DNA of 64,000 bases from Antedon mediterranea (Eukaryota > Animalia > Echinodermata), in assembly GCF_964355755.1 (NCBI RefSeq), contig NC_092672.1, forward strand, positions 9,796,001 through 9,860,000, read 5' to 3'. Positions 1 to 14,700 of the stretch are shown in pieces. A program made the translations under genes and the position numbers. Under the pieces are notes generated by a model. It had not been told where the DNA came from. It did no database searches and saw nothing but the letters and a program-made list of their open reading frames with translations. How positions within the stretch are numbered: position 1 is the first letter of the stretch; every line of letters starts with the position of its first letter.

Positions 1-1610
1 CTGCGATTCATATATGAACACACCCACAAGGACTAATTTCCATTGTCATTTCCAAACAGGAAGGATGATCAGTAAAGACTGAAATTACATCATCTTTATA
101 ACAACAAATGATAAACATTCTTGTAAAATGATTCTTCTGGTACTTATCTACCAATAGTTCCCTCCTTTCAACCTTTGTTAATTGTATTGTGGTCAAGTAA
201 CATTACATGTTTCTCGTCCCTGACCGCATCCTTTTTTGGACCCGTCTCCTTTTTTAGGGCCGCCTCCTTTTTTGTGGCTGCCTCCTTTTGTTTATTTTTA
301 AATTTAAACACGATTAATACTTAGGAATGAATGTATAATTGTTCAATTGGGAGAATATTCTCATGAGATTGAAGTTGTTCTATTCAACAATGGAAGCAAG
401 GAAAACGAATGCTATTTAAGATACAGTAAGACAATTTTCTGTTTTTAAATACTGGAAATCTCACTTCATATGTAGATTAACCTATTCAACTTTAAATGCT
501 TTATTGGTAGTACTTGTATGTGAAACATGTAGTCACTTGAATGGTATTTGTAAAATGCTATACAGTAACTACATCTCATTTGTTACACATATCTCAACTT
601 ATTTTAAAGCAATTATAAGTTATTTAGGAAACCACCCAACAGAAACAATATCATTGGGATTATTTAGCACTTGATCCAGATCATTGTATCTTAAAAGATT
701 GACTCATATTGATAATGATTTATATATTCTATCAATATGACTCATTTGCAGTTTTATCTATTAGTTTTGTAGGTCATGTCCCCAGGTATTTCAACATAGT
801 ACCATGTCTGGGGTTGTTTGCCCTGTAGGTTATCTGTTGATTCAGAAGGGTTGATATACAGGCCTATAGGTATTCTGCAAACTGTACAAATGGTGGTATG
901 GCATTGTTGCTTTGTGGTTAACCCACCTTTCCCAGGGTCCTGATTTCATAAGTAATATTCTGAGTTTCACTTCAAACCACTAAGTAAAACCTTATAAAAC
1001 TTATTTTCTTCAAAATCATAGTAATCCGGATATACATGTTTAATTATTGTTGATAATTTGGTGGCATGTTCTCTGAAAAACAAGAACATGTTTCCTTTAG
1101 TTATTGGTATAATCCTATACACTTTCCTAGAAATTTCTACCACATAAATCATATTTATAGTAAAATAACTGTGTATATGCTAGCAATTGATATTTCCTTT
1201 AAGCTACAGAGTATAGGCTATGTATTATGCTCTCTAGTTCAGATTTCCCTTGAGTACTTATCTTTTTTCTTTTGTGCTTTAAAGAATACAAGCTGAAGCA
1301 AATCTGTATTGTTATAAACTCATTCACAACCTTATGTCTGGCAAAAGAAAATATAAGTTTGTTTCTCTGGCAGTTGAAGCTATAAAGACTTCATAGAAGT
1401 AAAGATAAATATTTACTGTATTATTTGAATAGTAACATAATGGCATTATTTGAAGATTAAACTTTAGAACTTCTAAACAATGAAGAGAGAAATAAACGTT
1501 TAAATTGTATGTATTCAATTCATTTCATATTCTGAAATATATTTTCCTATTGAAGAATCATGTGACTTTAAACTTGGCTTATGTTCAACATTTAGTCTTT
1601 AAATGTAAAT

Positions 1611-1781
1611 AATAGAACCCCTTTTATGGGGACACCTCAGGACCAAAAAAGGAATCCCCTTAATAGGAATGTCCTAAATAATAAGGTTAGCTGTTAGTAT
1701 ATTTTCCTTAGGCCTACATCATATCATTAGCAAATGAGAAATTATCCCTTAATAGAGTTGTTGCCTGAAGGGGTTCAACTG
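1611..1781. mobile_element. Degenerate Tc1/mariner-type MITE (CAGTAGAACC/GGGGACACC family)
   Basis: tagaacccc...ggggacacc at the left and ggggttcaactg|ta at the right; same family as the elements at 46615 and 63250. Confidence 0.5.
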
Positions 1782-2019
1782 TACAAAGTTATGGATGAAG
1801 AGTGACAAGAGCACATCATTTTTAGAGTGGTATTGACCCAAAACAAGTTGGTTACATCCCACAACAGATAAAAGCTTGATATAGGGCCAATACCCTCGAA
1901 AAAGAGTATAATCATCCTACACTAGGTATGCTACAATACTTTTGCCATTATGAGGAAAACAGTTGTTAGTTTTTACATAAAATTGGTCGTAAAATGGGCA
2001 TTTTACTCTTGTTGACTAT

Positions 2020-2285
2020 GTCGCATTGTCTCAATTTGGTGACAGCAGACTACCACTTGGCTTGGCTACCACTCCAAGGGTCCTGGGTTCAAGTCCCGTC
2101 ACATGCCAGGATTTTTTCTAAGGACCAAATTCTCCACTCCCAAAGACTTGTAATAAGACTTTGTTTATGTAGAGCATCTTGTGTATATGTTTGTCTTGTG
2201 AACCTCTGAGGGTGCCTAATGATCAGCAATAGCTGGATGGATCACCCTCATTAAATATGGTAAAAAAAACATTAAAAAAAACAAA
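2020..2285 (+). mobile_element. tRNA-derived SINE
   Basis: A-box-like tgtctcaatttgg (2027), B-box GGTTCAAGTCC (2086-2096), body, and A-rich tail at about 2260-2285. Confidence 0.6.
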
Positions 2286-3755
2286 CCAACAATGCTGATA
2301 TTCCCATGAACCTGGGTTGAAATTAAGACCTTTTAAATCCTTATAGGTGTACTTAATGAACAAGACAATCATTAACACAATATGTGTTATCTACCCCCTT
2401 CGGGCCTTGCATTGTGATTTCAGAGCTATTCATTCCTCTTAGCCACAGACCTCTCAATACAGTTGCCTTTGGGATGTCTGAGCACCCTATGGATCACCCC
2501 ACATTCAAAGCTGGGTTATTTATATAAATGACAAACAGTAGCTCATTATCCTTTTATCTGTGGTGTTGAATTGAAGTGTCTTTGATCTAACAACTATTGC
2601 TGGTAAATCTAAAGTATAGGTGTGTATAATTGCAGGCTTGATGCCAAGTCATTATTTGTAATGAATAACATGATTATCATAATTTACTGCATACAATTAA
2701 ATGGGGAAAGAGAGTATTTATGTTAGAATTTATGACAGAAAAACAAATACTATCAAGTTTGTACAGTACCAATATTACTAAACACAATATAGTAGACTAC
2801 TATTTGCCAAACTAAAAAGTGATAGTTAAATACTGTAATGAGCATCAGATAAGTTGACTAACTGTATAAAATCAATTGGCCTACTGAAATTTAAAATTCA
2901 AAATTATCTTTTCCAAGCAAGAAACTTCTGCAAAACCCAAATATTGTGCAATGAAATTCACCCTAAGTGCTTTCTAAACCTTGGAAAATTTGATAATTTT
3001 TAAAGAAAGGTCATGTTGTTATAACAAATTAACACAAGTATGTGCAGTACTTTGAATTGAAATAATATTATTGTAAGCTTCTATTCTAATAAAATAATCC
3101 TATTTAATAGCATAATGTAAACTTTATGACTAAAACATTTTTGATAAACGTGTTTTATATAGATTCATGATAAACCTGCACACTGCCCCCTATAGTTTTC
3201 ACATGGTGGTATTTCAGGTGTACTGTTTGTCCTTGGTATTAATTGGATTTCTATTGTTAATTGAGAGTTATTTCATTAGCATGCAGTGTCATATTCTATC
3301 AATCCCCAAGTTCAAGCTATTACTTGAAAACATAAGATACCATTGGGACCTTTTGTATGCTTTGTGTTTTTTGATGGTCAAGGTTTTATAATAAGCCTTT
3401 AGGTGAATTTTATTGCAAACCAATTTTTTTGGATTTTTTTGCAGAAAAGTTTATTGCTTGGAAAAGATAATCATGATCTTTTTGATTTGCAATTTTAGCA
3501 GAGCAATTGATTTTATTTTATACAGAATTGTTCATCAGAACATTATAACTAACAGTTATTTGTCATACTTGTTAGTTGGTCTCATGACATACACCACATT
3601 TGTAAAATATTTTAAATACATTTTTTTAAAGAACAAAATAAGACCATAATGAGTGAACATAGCATAGTTGAAAATTATTGGAAAATAACTAAACTTAAAT
3701 AATTCAGACATACAATTTTGTAAAAACCACACAAAGAACAAATCATTGGAGCTTA

Positions 3756-4830
3756 GGCCCTGTTCAGACCCATGGCGTTAGACCGTTTTAGCGTACGACG
3801 CTAAAAGAATGTGTGTCTGAACAGTTGGGGATTAGCGTACAACGCGTCGTACAACGGTTGTAGCGTTGTAGTGGAAAACGGTTGATAGTACCGTTTTAGC
3901 GTACGACGCTACTGTAAGTCAACGTTGTATCCAATCAGAACGTTTCCTGTTATGACGCGAAACAAGGTTTGACCTAGGCTGACATCTTGTATCGTCAATG
4001 TGTGAGATGGATTTCAATAACAAAAAGGCCAGAATAAATAAGGCCTAACTACACTACAAATACAACTGTTACAAAGGCTACAAACTATTATCAACTGATT
4101 ACCATTATATTTTCTAACAAATGACATAAATACATGCACCTTGTATTTCAACATAGGGACTACGATCCCATCCGCTTTTAGGCCTAGCTAGGCCTAGAGC
4201 CATTCAGGCATTTCATTCAAGCTAAAAACTAGCGTGGGACATCAAGTCACTCATTCATACAAGGCAGACTAGACTGGACAAGTTTAATGCTGAAAACCCC
4301 CTAACTCCTAAAAAAATCAGTAAACAAACAAGGGGAGCTGTGTCCCTTTTATTAGCAAGTTAAGGGTTATTTTCAACCGACTGGACTGGGTGGGAATATA
4401 TATCTTTGACTGGACTGGATAGACTAATCACAATCATATTTTTCTTCATCATTACGAGGCCTGCTTTATTTTCGTAGCACAAGAGCCTGGGGAAAATGTT
4501 TTTTACTACAAAATAAAAACAATTGAAACAGAAATTTGGCTTTACTATATTTTTCTTAAATAAATTCTGAGGTATGTTTTATTTACGGCAAATGTTGTCA
4601 TAATTGTAGGGCTGAGATCTAGGCCTATATACAGTGGAAATGATGAAAACACGTGGGTAAGAGCACATGAATATGCAACTAGAAACAACCTGGATGACGT
4701 ACTTCCGTTGTAACAATAATCGTACGCTATGGGTCTGAACACCTCGTTTTTTTCTCTGCGGTTTGTAACGTGACCTTGATAGTAACGTTGTACGCTAAAA
4801 CGGTCTAACGCCATGGGTCTGAACAGGGCC
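3756..4830. mobile_element. Non-autonomous DNA transposon (MITE) with about 45-bp TIRs, PIF/Harbinger-like ends
   Basis: ggccctgttcagacccatggcgttagaccgttttagcgtacgacg ... cgttgtacgctaaaacggtctaacgccatgggtctgaacagggcc. Flanks tta/taa; subterminal tagcgtac repeats; no coding capacity. Confidence 0.85.
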
Positions 4831-5661
4831 TAAGTGATAAATATGTATTATTTAAATTATTATATGCAACAAGTTTTTAATAAATACCTTCATGTTCCAG
4901 ACTTTAAAGATTGAATAGACAACCACATTCCTCAGACATGTTTTCCATCCTTTTCATCAATTTAGAATATTATGATTTATGTGAGAATAAAGTTTGTAAT
5001 TTACTAGAAACCATAAATCTCAATTCCATGACAAATAACCCTTTTAGATTTATTAGCCTTTAATTTATTAGTATGCCTACAAAATTTCTCAATATATAAA
5101 TTTATCTGATTTAGTATCTCCCCTAAATCTGTGTTAAAATTGTTTAGTTCTAGTAAAATAAATTGGTCTGCTTTATCTGTATTCAATAGTATTTTCTGTC
5201 AACTCTTCAAACTCTTGGACCGGCCTTATATGTCAGTCTTTGAAGAAATGTCAGTATTCTTGACCAAAATGTGTTATTTAATGGTAAAACAAATTTGGAA
5301 TCTTTTGGACTTTAAAACAATTCATTGTGTCTGGTTTTAGGAAAGTTTCAGGTTTTCAGAAAGTATGGTGTTGGAGGAGTTGACTTATTGCGAAAAAATA
5401 CACAACAACAAGAGAACTCATTTAATTTAAGCACGGAATACAAAAGAGAAGCCAATGAACTGTGACTTAAACCAGGTTCCTATTGTTGTTTGCTGCTTGT
5501 GCATGTGTCACCCTTTATTGTTTGTTTATTGCATTGTTCATTAACATCATAGTAATAATATTGAATCCATCAAATTTGATCACATTGTCAATTCTTCATA
5601 TTCATGGGAATACAAGAACTGGAAGAAAAATGATATTTTGATGAATAATAGTTACTCTCTT

Positions 5662-7105
5662 CAGAGGTCCCAACTTGGGAAAGTCCATTCGCAGGAGGTT
5701 TTGTCGTGAACCACATTCAAATTCAATTCATCGGGGCGTCGAAAGTCAACGCGCGGGGAATCGAAAATCAACACGCGTGTCGTTTACGTCTCTTAGTCTT
5801 AATTAACTAAATATGTTACATATACAGTATATTATACAATATTTACACATAAGTTGGCTTAATTTTTACATAGGTTTATACATCAGTATTTTTACATTTT
5901 AATATTTTTTTTATGGACACATCCTCAGTACAAAAAATGTAAAAAATATATACTGTATTTTAACTAAAATTCAGTATATAAAATAATTTAACTTAATTAC
6001 AAAATGTACAATAAACACATGATAGTATTGCCCAATAGAATTTACTCATTTTTTTTAGGCACAGGCCTAGGCCTAGCCTAGGGCTTCTACTTCTAGGCCC
6101 TAGCTAGCTACCATTACCCCAAAACAATCGAAATAACTATCCCGAATCCGTCTTATGCTACATTACGCGAGTTAACATATTATTTCAGATGAAAAACATT
6201 GAGTTTTATATTGTTTTATCCATACGTAATTACACTGGCATTAAAGATATAACATTAAAATGTAGGCCGTTTATGAGCTATTTCGCCGATTTCTTATCGC
6301 TGGGAAATTCCCCACCAGCGATATTGATCGATCGAGGAGTAGGCCTAGGCTAGAGGCCTAGCGTGCATGCCGGAACGGGTGGATTATTGCTATATAAATA
6401 ACTAGTTTGAACAAAAGAGCTTACGAAAATCTTAGGTAAATTTTTATTAAACGTAGGCCTACTTGCTTGGCGAATCCATGCCTTTTAAATCATTTAACAT
6501 GTTCGTATTATCGGATTGTACAGTAAAACCAAATAAAACACCGCCTCAACAACCTCGTGCGATGTGCGATCTGTTGTTCTTTGCAGCGCGCGGATCAACA
6601 TTGGTAGAGTTCATTAATTATGAGGGTGTTTAAAATGTAATAACTATTAAAAACGTGTCTCAACCACTGTGTAATCAAAGCGTTTATTTAGTTAAAACTT
6701 GGATCCTCCCAAAATTTATAATCGCGTATTCCGGTTACCACGTGATTGATTCACGGTTGGTTGCACGCTTCTTTTTTTTCTACGTCCGGCGTGTAGTACC
6801 GTGCATGTTTATATTATTGTTACGGTTTAACAAAGGCAGTGCATACAAATAAAAATACAATAATAGACCACAAAGACTACATGAATAGACATTGTTTCAA
6901 CATCCTGCCTCACTTTTTCCTGGTTATTGACTATTGTTGACCTGGGCTGAGCCTGGGTGTAACCGTAAATCAATTTGGCCAAAAATATGGGGAAATTTGA
7001 AAATGCGGTAAAAAAATCAAAATGCGGTAGAAAACGTCGAGATAGCGGTAGATGGGTACTAAAAGCGGTAGACTACCGCGAGTAGCGGTAGACTTGGGAC
7101 CCCTG
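5662..7105. mobile_element. Non-autonomous DNA transposon with CAG(A/G)GG termini and 6-bp TSD (hAT-like)
   Basis: cagaggtcccaac ... cttgggacccctg; TSD tctctt on both sides; GCGGTA subterminal repeats at about 7005-7090. Confidence 0.75.
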
Positions 7106-7942
7106 TCTCTTATCTGGATCTTTGACAGTTCATAATTTCAGTGACATAAGCCATTTTAGAATTAAATTATATGAATAAAATGAATATAAAATACACAGTT
7201 ATAAACAATATGTATGATTTAATTGATGATAAGGAAGCATAAGTTGAGAGCGATACTAAAAATTGGCACTTAATCTAAATTGTTAATAGTGATATGGTAT
7301 AACATGTAGCCTGTGTATATACACAGTAATACTAGGCAGATAATGAAACCATTTGTCACTGATGATTGCAAAATTCTTACTTTAAAGCTGAATTGGAACA
7401 AGAATAACACTGACAGTTATAAAAATACTTTATTATACTGTACTTACAAGTTCAAATTTATTGTCAGAAACTTACAATAAATACAATTTTTATGGACGTA
7501 ATTTTTTTAATACTTTTCTATTGGATTAGTTACATTTTGTTTGTTCATCCATATACTATTCCGTATTGCCAGCATGAATTTACCTTGTCGCTTTAAAAGT
7601 ATGGTCATTTGCACAGCCATTGTTGCAACCTACTGCATATACAAAAGAACAAGGTCTGAAGGTCTCACAGATGGACATCATTGCTAAAAATTGAACATGA
7701 CATTATATGTACTATATTCAACATTGAAATAATATTAGGTATACATAAAAATAATTTAGATTAACAATAGCAGCAATGGAAACTTAGATATTTTTATTTT
7801 TACAACTTTACACAACCTTTTCATAGATACAACTAAAATGGTGACTTATATCCCAAATTAGAGAAGTTTATCAATTACTAGTAGAAATCTTTGTATAGAA
7901 ATATGTGAAACTTCCAGAATTCCATTATCTCCTCTACACTAA

Positions 7943-8438
7943 CAGGGCTGAAAATTAACGGTGACCTTTATTTGGTAAGGGCGAGTATTAATTTGGTGAT
8001 GGTCGACCCGTCTGGCGACTTCCAGAAACTGCATCCACCTACCTTTTATAACCAATCTAGGCCTAGGCTAATATAAGCTAAGTTATAAAGCTACAAGCCT
8101 AATGGCAGTCCCTTGTTTTTAAGGATCGCGAGCGCAATCGCACTCAACAACCTTCGAAAAGGAGAGCAATTAATCGCGCTCCATCTCACAGTGCGAGGTG
8201 GTACACTACCAAGAAAGGGGATTCCCCTGCCTGCATTCAAGGGCGAGTTTACTTTATCGCCTCATAGTGCAACCAGTACGGTGTCATAGAGGGGGGGGGG
8301 TTATCCCCAGCCCCGTCGGGCAAAAAAAATTTGTACAAAAAATTAATAAGGGCCAGCCATTTTTAATAAGGGCGACCATCCTTCAACTTCAACTGGCCCT
8401 GCTGGCCACTATGGTTTAAAGGTTAATTTTCAGCCCTG
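7943..8438. mobile_element. MITE with perfect 17-bp TIR CAGGGCTGAAAATTAAC and 6-bp TSD
   Basis: Perfect TIRs; cactaa duplicated at 7937-7942 and 8439-8444. Confidence 0.88.
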
Positions 8439-9135
8439 CACTAATATAAAAAACATTTGATGTTGCTCTACTCCATTGGCTCAGTCCTCTAGATATTTTT
8501 TATTTAGGATAATGATCAAATTAGATATTTAGATACTGCGTGTTATTGATAAGAATTTCTTTATCTTAAGTTAACTGAATCTATTTGCTCATAAAATAAT
8601 ATCATTTTTACCAGTCCAAATTCTTTGAATAAATATAGATTTTACAAATTACTATTCAGTGCACGTTTTTTGCAAAGTGTGAAATGAGCTGAGAGAATCT
8701 TGTTTCATATTTTATATTATTTCATCCTTTGTTTTTGTTCTCTCAATGTTTGATTGAGTAAATGATTATTGTTTATAGTGATATAAACAGCTGTCAAATT
8801 GTATTGAAGAAATGTATCTTCACCCAGGCATAGAATTTTTCATTCTTTTTTCTCCGCACAATGGTATAACAGAGAGTATTTTCGGGCCTTTTGATTCATT
8901 TGTGGTAAAAATCTGAGCTTGACAGTAATATTTCTAGCCTGACCATGAACGTATCACAGTATCGGTGACAAGTTTCAAGTAAAAGAATAAAATATTTTTT
9001 CCATGTTGAAATATTTGAATGTTTTGTGCACAAATTAAACATGCTTTTATGAAGATTTTTATAGGATCTTCATATTCATTGTTCGGTTGCTTTTTATATT
9101 TAGTTGCTTATTAAGCAGTTTTATATGTTTGGATA

Positions 9136-9220
9136 ATGGAATTACCTTGCTTAGAAGATCATGCTTTACCTTCTAATGAAGAAAATGATAAATATGAAGA
9201 GTTGATGCTTTTCACAGAAG
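9136..9220 (+). CDS. KAZN: Candidate first coding exon 1a: MELPCLEDHALPSNEENDKYEELMLFTE(A)
   Basis: ATG at 9136, open frame, strong donor GAAG|GTATGT after 9220. 85 nt gives phase 1, matching the phase-1 acceptor at 22483. Confidence 0.55.
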
Positions 9221-10239
9221 GTATGTTAAAATAGTAGAATAATTATACAGTAATATTTATATTGACATTTATGAATTGGTTAAGGGCCTGTTCAGACCTA
9301 CAAAGTTATTCTTTTGTATCATATATGGTCTGAACCAGGTAAAGACAAGGAAGCCAACTTTTACAACAAATTCTGACCTTTCTTTCTTTAAGCGAAATCT
9401 AGTACTTGCAAGATTTGTGCGCGATCCTTACAAAAGTCGTGCATCATCAATTTTAACAACTAAAGAATCAAATGTACATACCTGATGTTCGCCCCAATCA
9501 TTGTAGAAAAAAATCCTTTTAATATTATCTATTCTTTCTGACCCATGCTTGTTCATTTCCTTATTGATTTCAATTATGTTGAACTATTACTGTATACTAC
9601 CTCCTAAACCCAATTGAACTATAGGATAGTACCTTTTGACATTAATACTTCCTATTTTATTCTTTTCGACTGTTAATGATGCTATAACACAGTAAACATT
9701 TTGTTACATAGCATAGTGTGCAATTTTATGGTTTTGTACAGTCAACTATATTTATTATTACCCAACAATTGAAAATATGAGAACAATTGGTACATATAAA
9801 TTCACTTAAGATCCTTGATTGATAGAAGATGCACTATTTCAGTTCACCAGTATTCTATGGAAATTATACAAACTTGAAATACAATTGCATAAAGATATTA
9901 TGGGAGGAATGATTGTTTCTAGCATGCCTAAGTACTCTTTAAAGTTGGTACACATAGCAAATGTGTAAAAGATGACAGATATATGAGTGACTTGTCATGC
10001 TTTAATATCAAACTTGTTTTTATTCTGTCTCACAATATTTTGCAAAAGAGAATGTACTATATTGTCAATGAACCAAAACAAACATACTCTATTGCTTATA
10101 AATATATATATTTTTTTAGGTACAGTATTATTATTAAATATATAGAGTACCTGGTAATACAGTATCTTCCATGTTTGATCAAGTTTAATAACATTTGTAC
10201 TGTAGGCTACATTTCCCCTAGTTTTACTCAGCATTGAAA

Positions 10240-10381
10240 AGTTTTGTAGCCACAAGAAATAGAGTTGTTAGTTGCAAGAAAAGAGAACAACCTGTGTGCT
10301 GACCACAGTGTTGTTGAAGGCATCTCTCTGAAAAAGTGGTTGGGTTGAGACCTTACAAACCATACTGGTGGCTACAACCTG
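10240..10381 (-). mobile_element. Copy (reverse orientation) of the short CAGGG(A/T)CGTAGCCA MITE family
   Basis: tgtagccacaagaaatagag...tactggtggctacaacctg is reverse-complement similar to the copies at 23552 and 29710. Confidence 0.5.
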
Positions 10382-11672
10382 TTGAGGTTGATCTAGGATT
10401 TTTACATATAATAGGGAGCATATAAAAAGAGACTTATGTCCCGTCTATTTTCATCGCATTGCAGATGTTTAATTTTATACACTTCAAATACTGTACTGTA
10501 TCCAATAATGTGCCTACTTTATGTCAGCTATATTTTAGCTACGGCATGTCTTTTTTACAGTAAATTAATGCTCATTTAAAAATAATAATCCCTCCTCAAT
10601 TACAGTACATTAATGTATTCTTTACACCTACTTCTTAGAACTAGACCAGTACTAGAATATGATTCAGACCTCACAAGTGGTGAGGTTAAACACTGCCATC
10701 TATAGTCTATAATATTATGTTAAATATATTTTGTAATGTCTGGAATATCATACATTTCTTAAAGGTAAAATTGTTAAAGACTACTATTACAGTTTATTGG
10801 TGGTCATAACTTAATTATGAAGTGATGAGTTGGATGATCTGAAGTCATAATCTTAATATTACTGTCTAATTTAAGAAAGTAAATAATAGTCTGTATAAAG
10901 CATATTAATTTAAAAACTTGAAAAAAAATTAATCAATGAAAAAAGGTTAAGGTCAGAAATACCAGTCGATTCATACTTATCAAGATCATTTCCTTTAAAT
11001 AACTTCCTCTTGATATGCCACAAAAATGGGTTACATTAACCTTGGGCAGGAACTGATCCCATGTGGGCATCCAAGTGGGTCTTAATTATTTCTAGCACAA
11101 ACACCACCCAACTATTGTTTTCTAACAAGTTGCTGATTGGTCAATGAAATCGATTCTATATATGTAGGAATTTCAACTTTGTGTGTATGGCTTTATTGCA
11201 TTGTTTGTGACATTGTTTATATTGGTTGTGATAATTTATAGTCCATAAACATACTGGTTATGGAATGAGAAAGTATATAATCACTTCTACTCAGTGAGAA
11301 GAATTGTGAGAAGCAGTGCAGAACATATGACAGATGAGTTTATTTGGATTAAAAGGAAGGAAAGTGATAGATAACCACCTGTGTACATATTGTGTTATTC
11401 TTAACCTGTTGACAAGTCTTTTATACCTGTTTGACTCAATGTTTGAATATTGATTGTGGGAAAACACTATGTTAGTTAACATCAGTGCCACAAGTGGATA
11501 ATAAACAGTTCATCACTGGATTGGATTTTATTAGATTTAGATAAAGTCTTTCAAAGGATAATAATAATGATCATTGATTGAAATATACAGGCTGTTGCTA
11601 TAGTATTATAATACTGTATGAAGGAATACTAATTTTGGGTTAAAAAACACCTTTTGTGGTGTCAGTTTCACA

Positions 11673-11748
11673 ATGATTTCGGTGCAAAGAGTGTGGCTAA
11701 CAGAGGATTGGATGAACTCTGACTACGGATTTAACTATATGGAATTAG
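11673..11748 (+). CDS. KAZN: Candidate first coding exon 1b: MISVQRVWLTEDWMNSDYGFNYMEL(A)
   Basis: ATG at 11673, open frame, donor TTAG|GTTTGT. 76 nt gives phase 1. Confidence 0.45.
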
Positions 11749-14700
11749 GTTTGTGTTAATTCTCTTTTTATTTTTATCTAATTAAAATGAAAAGGATAAC
11801 CAAGGGTTAAAGTTGGGAACCTCTCCTTACAGTAGCTTCATGATTTATCAAGCTATAAATATGCCAGTTTTACACCTTTTCGCAATATATTTCCTGTGTG
11901 AAAAGGTGTAGACCGACATAACGTTGGCTTGTACCATAGTTTCTGTGTGGAAGGGATTCAAATCATTTGGTGACCATCTGTTTCCCTTCTCTTTTTCTAA
12001 TGAAACACACACACAAACTTCTATTACTTAATTTTGAAAATATCTGTTTAATTATATTACAAAAATTATTTATCTAAATAACATTTCCAAAAATAAGAAT
12101 GGTTATGTACAGTAGGCCTCAGTATGTTTGTTTAAATTTAAATGTGTTACTTTACAATTAATCTATATTTGGCATTACAAATGTAAAAATATAATTAATT
12201 AATATTATACAACATAGTACTATCTCTGACTTTACTATATAGCTTGAGGATATGATGTCACATTGTTTTGTATATACAGGAACTAATAAAGTGACTTATT
12301 TACTAAACATCAACTCCCACAAATTAGAGTTGAGTTTACAGTAATTTAAATGTAGTTGAGCTTAACATTTAAAAAATGTAATTATATTTCATTAACTACA
12401 TTTATTTTGATTTATATATTTTGATTTATATATTTTAAAACCTCGGGAACGTAATAATTATTTCCATACTGCCCGTATATCGTGCCTAGCTTACTTGAAC
12501 TAGCATACAGACCCTTTCCCTCCAAGGCGGGAACATGGTAGTCAATTGGTGAATACACTAATAGTAATAAAACTGTATAGCGAATTTATAAAAAAAAAAC
12601 GTCTATACACTTAAACTACAACCATGTGCGAATGAAAGATAAAAAAAGAAAGGACTAGAAAAGTAACAAAAACTTTGAACACCCCAATAGGACAAAGTGG
12701 TATTGTCCATGAGCCACACCCTCATGTGGGCAACCGTGCCCATACATATCTCACCATTGTTACAGGATGTTATGTACGTTTTCTGTGGTTTTGTAAAAAA
12801 CAAAAAATAGAAACGAAAAATTTGGTAATTTACTTGTTAAAACATGTTTTTTTTTTATGTTAGGATTAAAAAATATTATAAACTTATGTTAAATGGATGT
12901 AAAGTTTTGAGGAGAGCTAACTCGCTAAACACAGTCCGATTTACACAATGGCTGATCCAGAGTCATCCAAACGCCTCCTTGAATAGGACCATATTTCGTC
13001 TTCTCTGGTTTACATGGCATACCACTGCAGTGTATACAGTATTATTACTGTTAGTCTGAAAAGGAAGATTACTATTTATTAATAAAAAAAAAGTTTTGTT
13101 ACGGTAACTTCATTGACATATACTTATTGCAAGATATTTTTTACCATAAAGTACATCCCATGTGGCATTTGGATTTTTAACTTGAAAGGCAATTCTTTGC
13201 AAAATGAAAATAGTTATTTTTTACTTGTAATTTAAAGCTGAGTTATATTTTCAGTACTATGAACAATGTGAATGGAATTCATAACACAATAACTACAAAC
13301 AGCAACCCCATGTTGAGTAACACATTTATGCTTGACCACACCGCAATAGGATTGTTGGATCATGCGTAAATACCCAAGCTGCTTCTAGTTATTTTTTTGC
13401 AGTCGACAAGAATTCTATATTTTAATCGCTCACTTAATCAAGATTACATTTGATGTTTTGTTATTGAAGTTAATCCAAATTTTGTTACTGTATCTTTTGG
13501 CATATTTATTACAGTAATTATGATAATACAGTTTAGTTATAATAAATTCATTGATATTTCTGATATTGCCATGTTTAAGTACTGTATGCTTATTTCTGGT
13601 TTTGGCATTAATTATAAGCATGGCTTAGACACGAAGTCTTGGAGCAACCTAAGAATTTGTAGTAAAAGTGTAGGTGTTAAATGTGTTGTTTGTGGAAGAC
13701 AACATGAATTATTATTTAATATCAATGACTGATACTGTATCGATATTTTAAAAAGAAAATTAACTATAACACTATTACTGTACATCATAAGGATTACCCA
13801 AAAGCCCTCTATTGAGCCATCAAAAATAAATACTCGGTACTATTTAAAAATAGATGACGCAGTCCTTCAAATTTCCCAGTGTCTCAATTTCAAATAATTT
13901 CCATCAATTTCCTAACAGCAAGGTATAAATCTGCAAAACAATTTATATTCTTTTGTTTACTATATTAATATATAATTGAAAAAATGATAAATATTGCTTT
14001 ATTTCATGTCATATTTAAAGAGTAGGAAATGCAGAACTGCTTATGACTTATTAAAGAACACAGTTATAATAATAATGTTTCACACTCACAACTTAAATTT
14101 TATTAGATACAGTAGTACATTTAAAATCTTGTTCATTGCATAAAAACTCATTTTTACAATTATAGGTAATATTGTTCAAGGGTATTTGATCATTAATGTT
14201 TTATACAGGAAACTTAATCAGACTATAATATTGTTACATGAAATGTCAATGTTAAAATTAGTATAATAAATTTACAATAGAATACACAGACGATGACAAG
14301 CTCACTGAGGAATAGATAGCCGATACAATGCTATTGTGTTTTTTAGCCCTTCAGTGCTAAAAGTGCCCCATAGCATATGTCACTATAATTTATATTTCTT
14401 CCCACGCTAAATAATATTCCATAAGAAAAGTATAACGCTTTTATATTTGATCAACTTGTCATTGTTGATCGGAGGAGGAGTAACCGAAACGTGGTACTTC
14501 ATATCTAAAGAAGAGCAACATTGTCATGTTTTTATTTTCATTGGATATATTATTGTTTGGTATTTCATAATTTTTTTCTGTGGATATATTTTCTTGGATT
14601 TGATTATACCACTTTGTTTTAGGGTTTGCAATTTTGGATTTATGATGTTTATGTGTGAAGACTGAGAATAGATGAGGAGAACTTGCATGAATAGATGTAT

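Noticed and set aside
8-196. 62-aa minus-strand ORF at the window start
   Set aside because: No recognisable domain or supporting exon structure; typical chance ORF.
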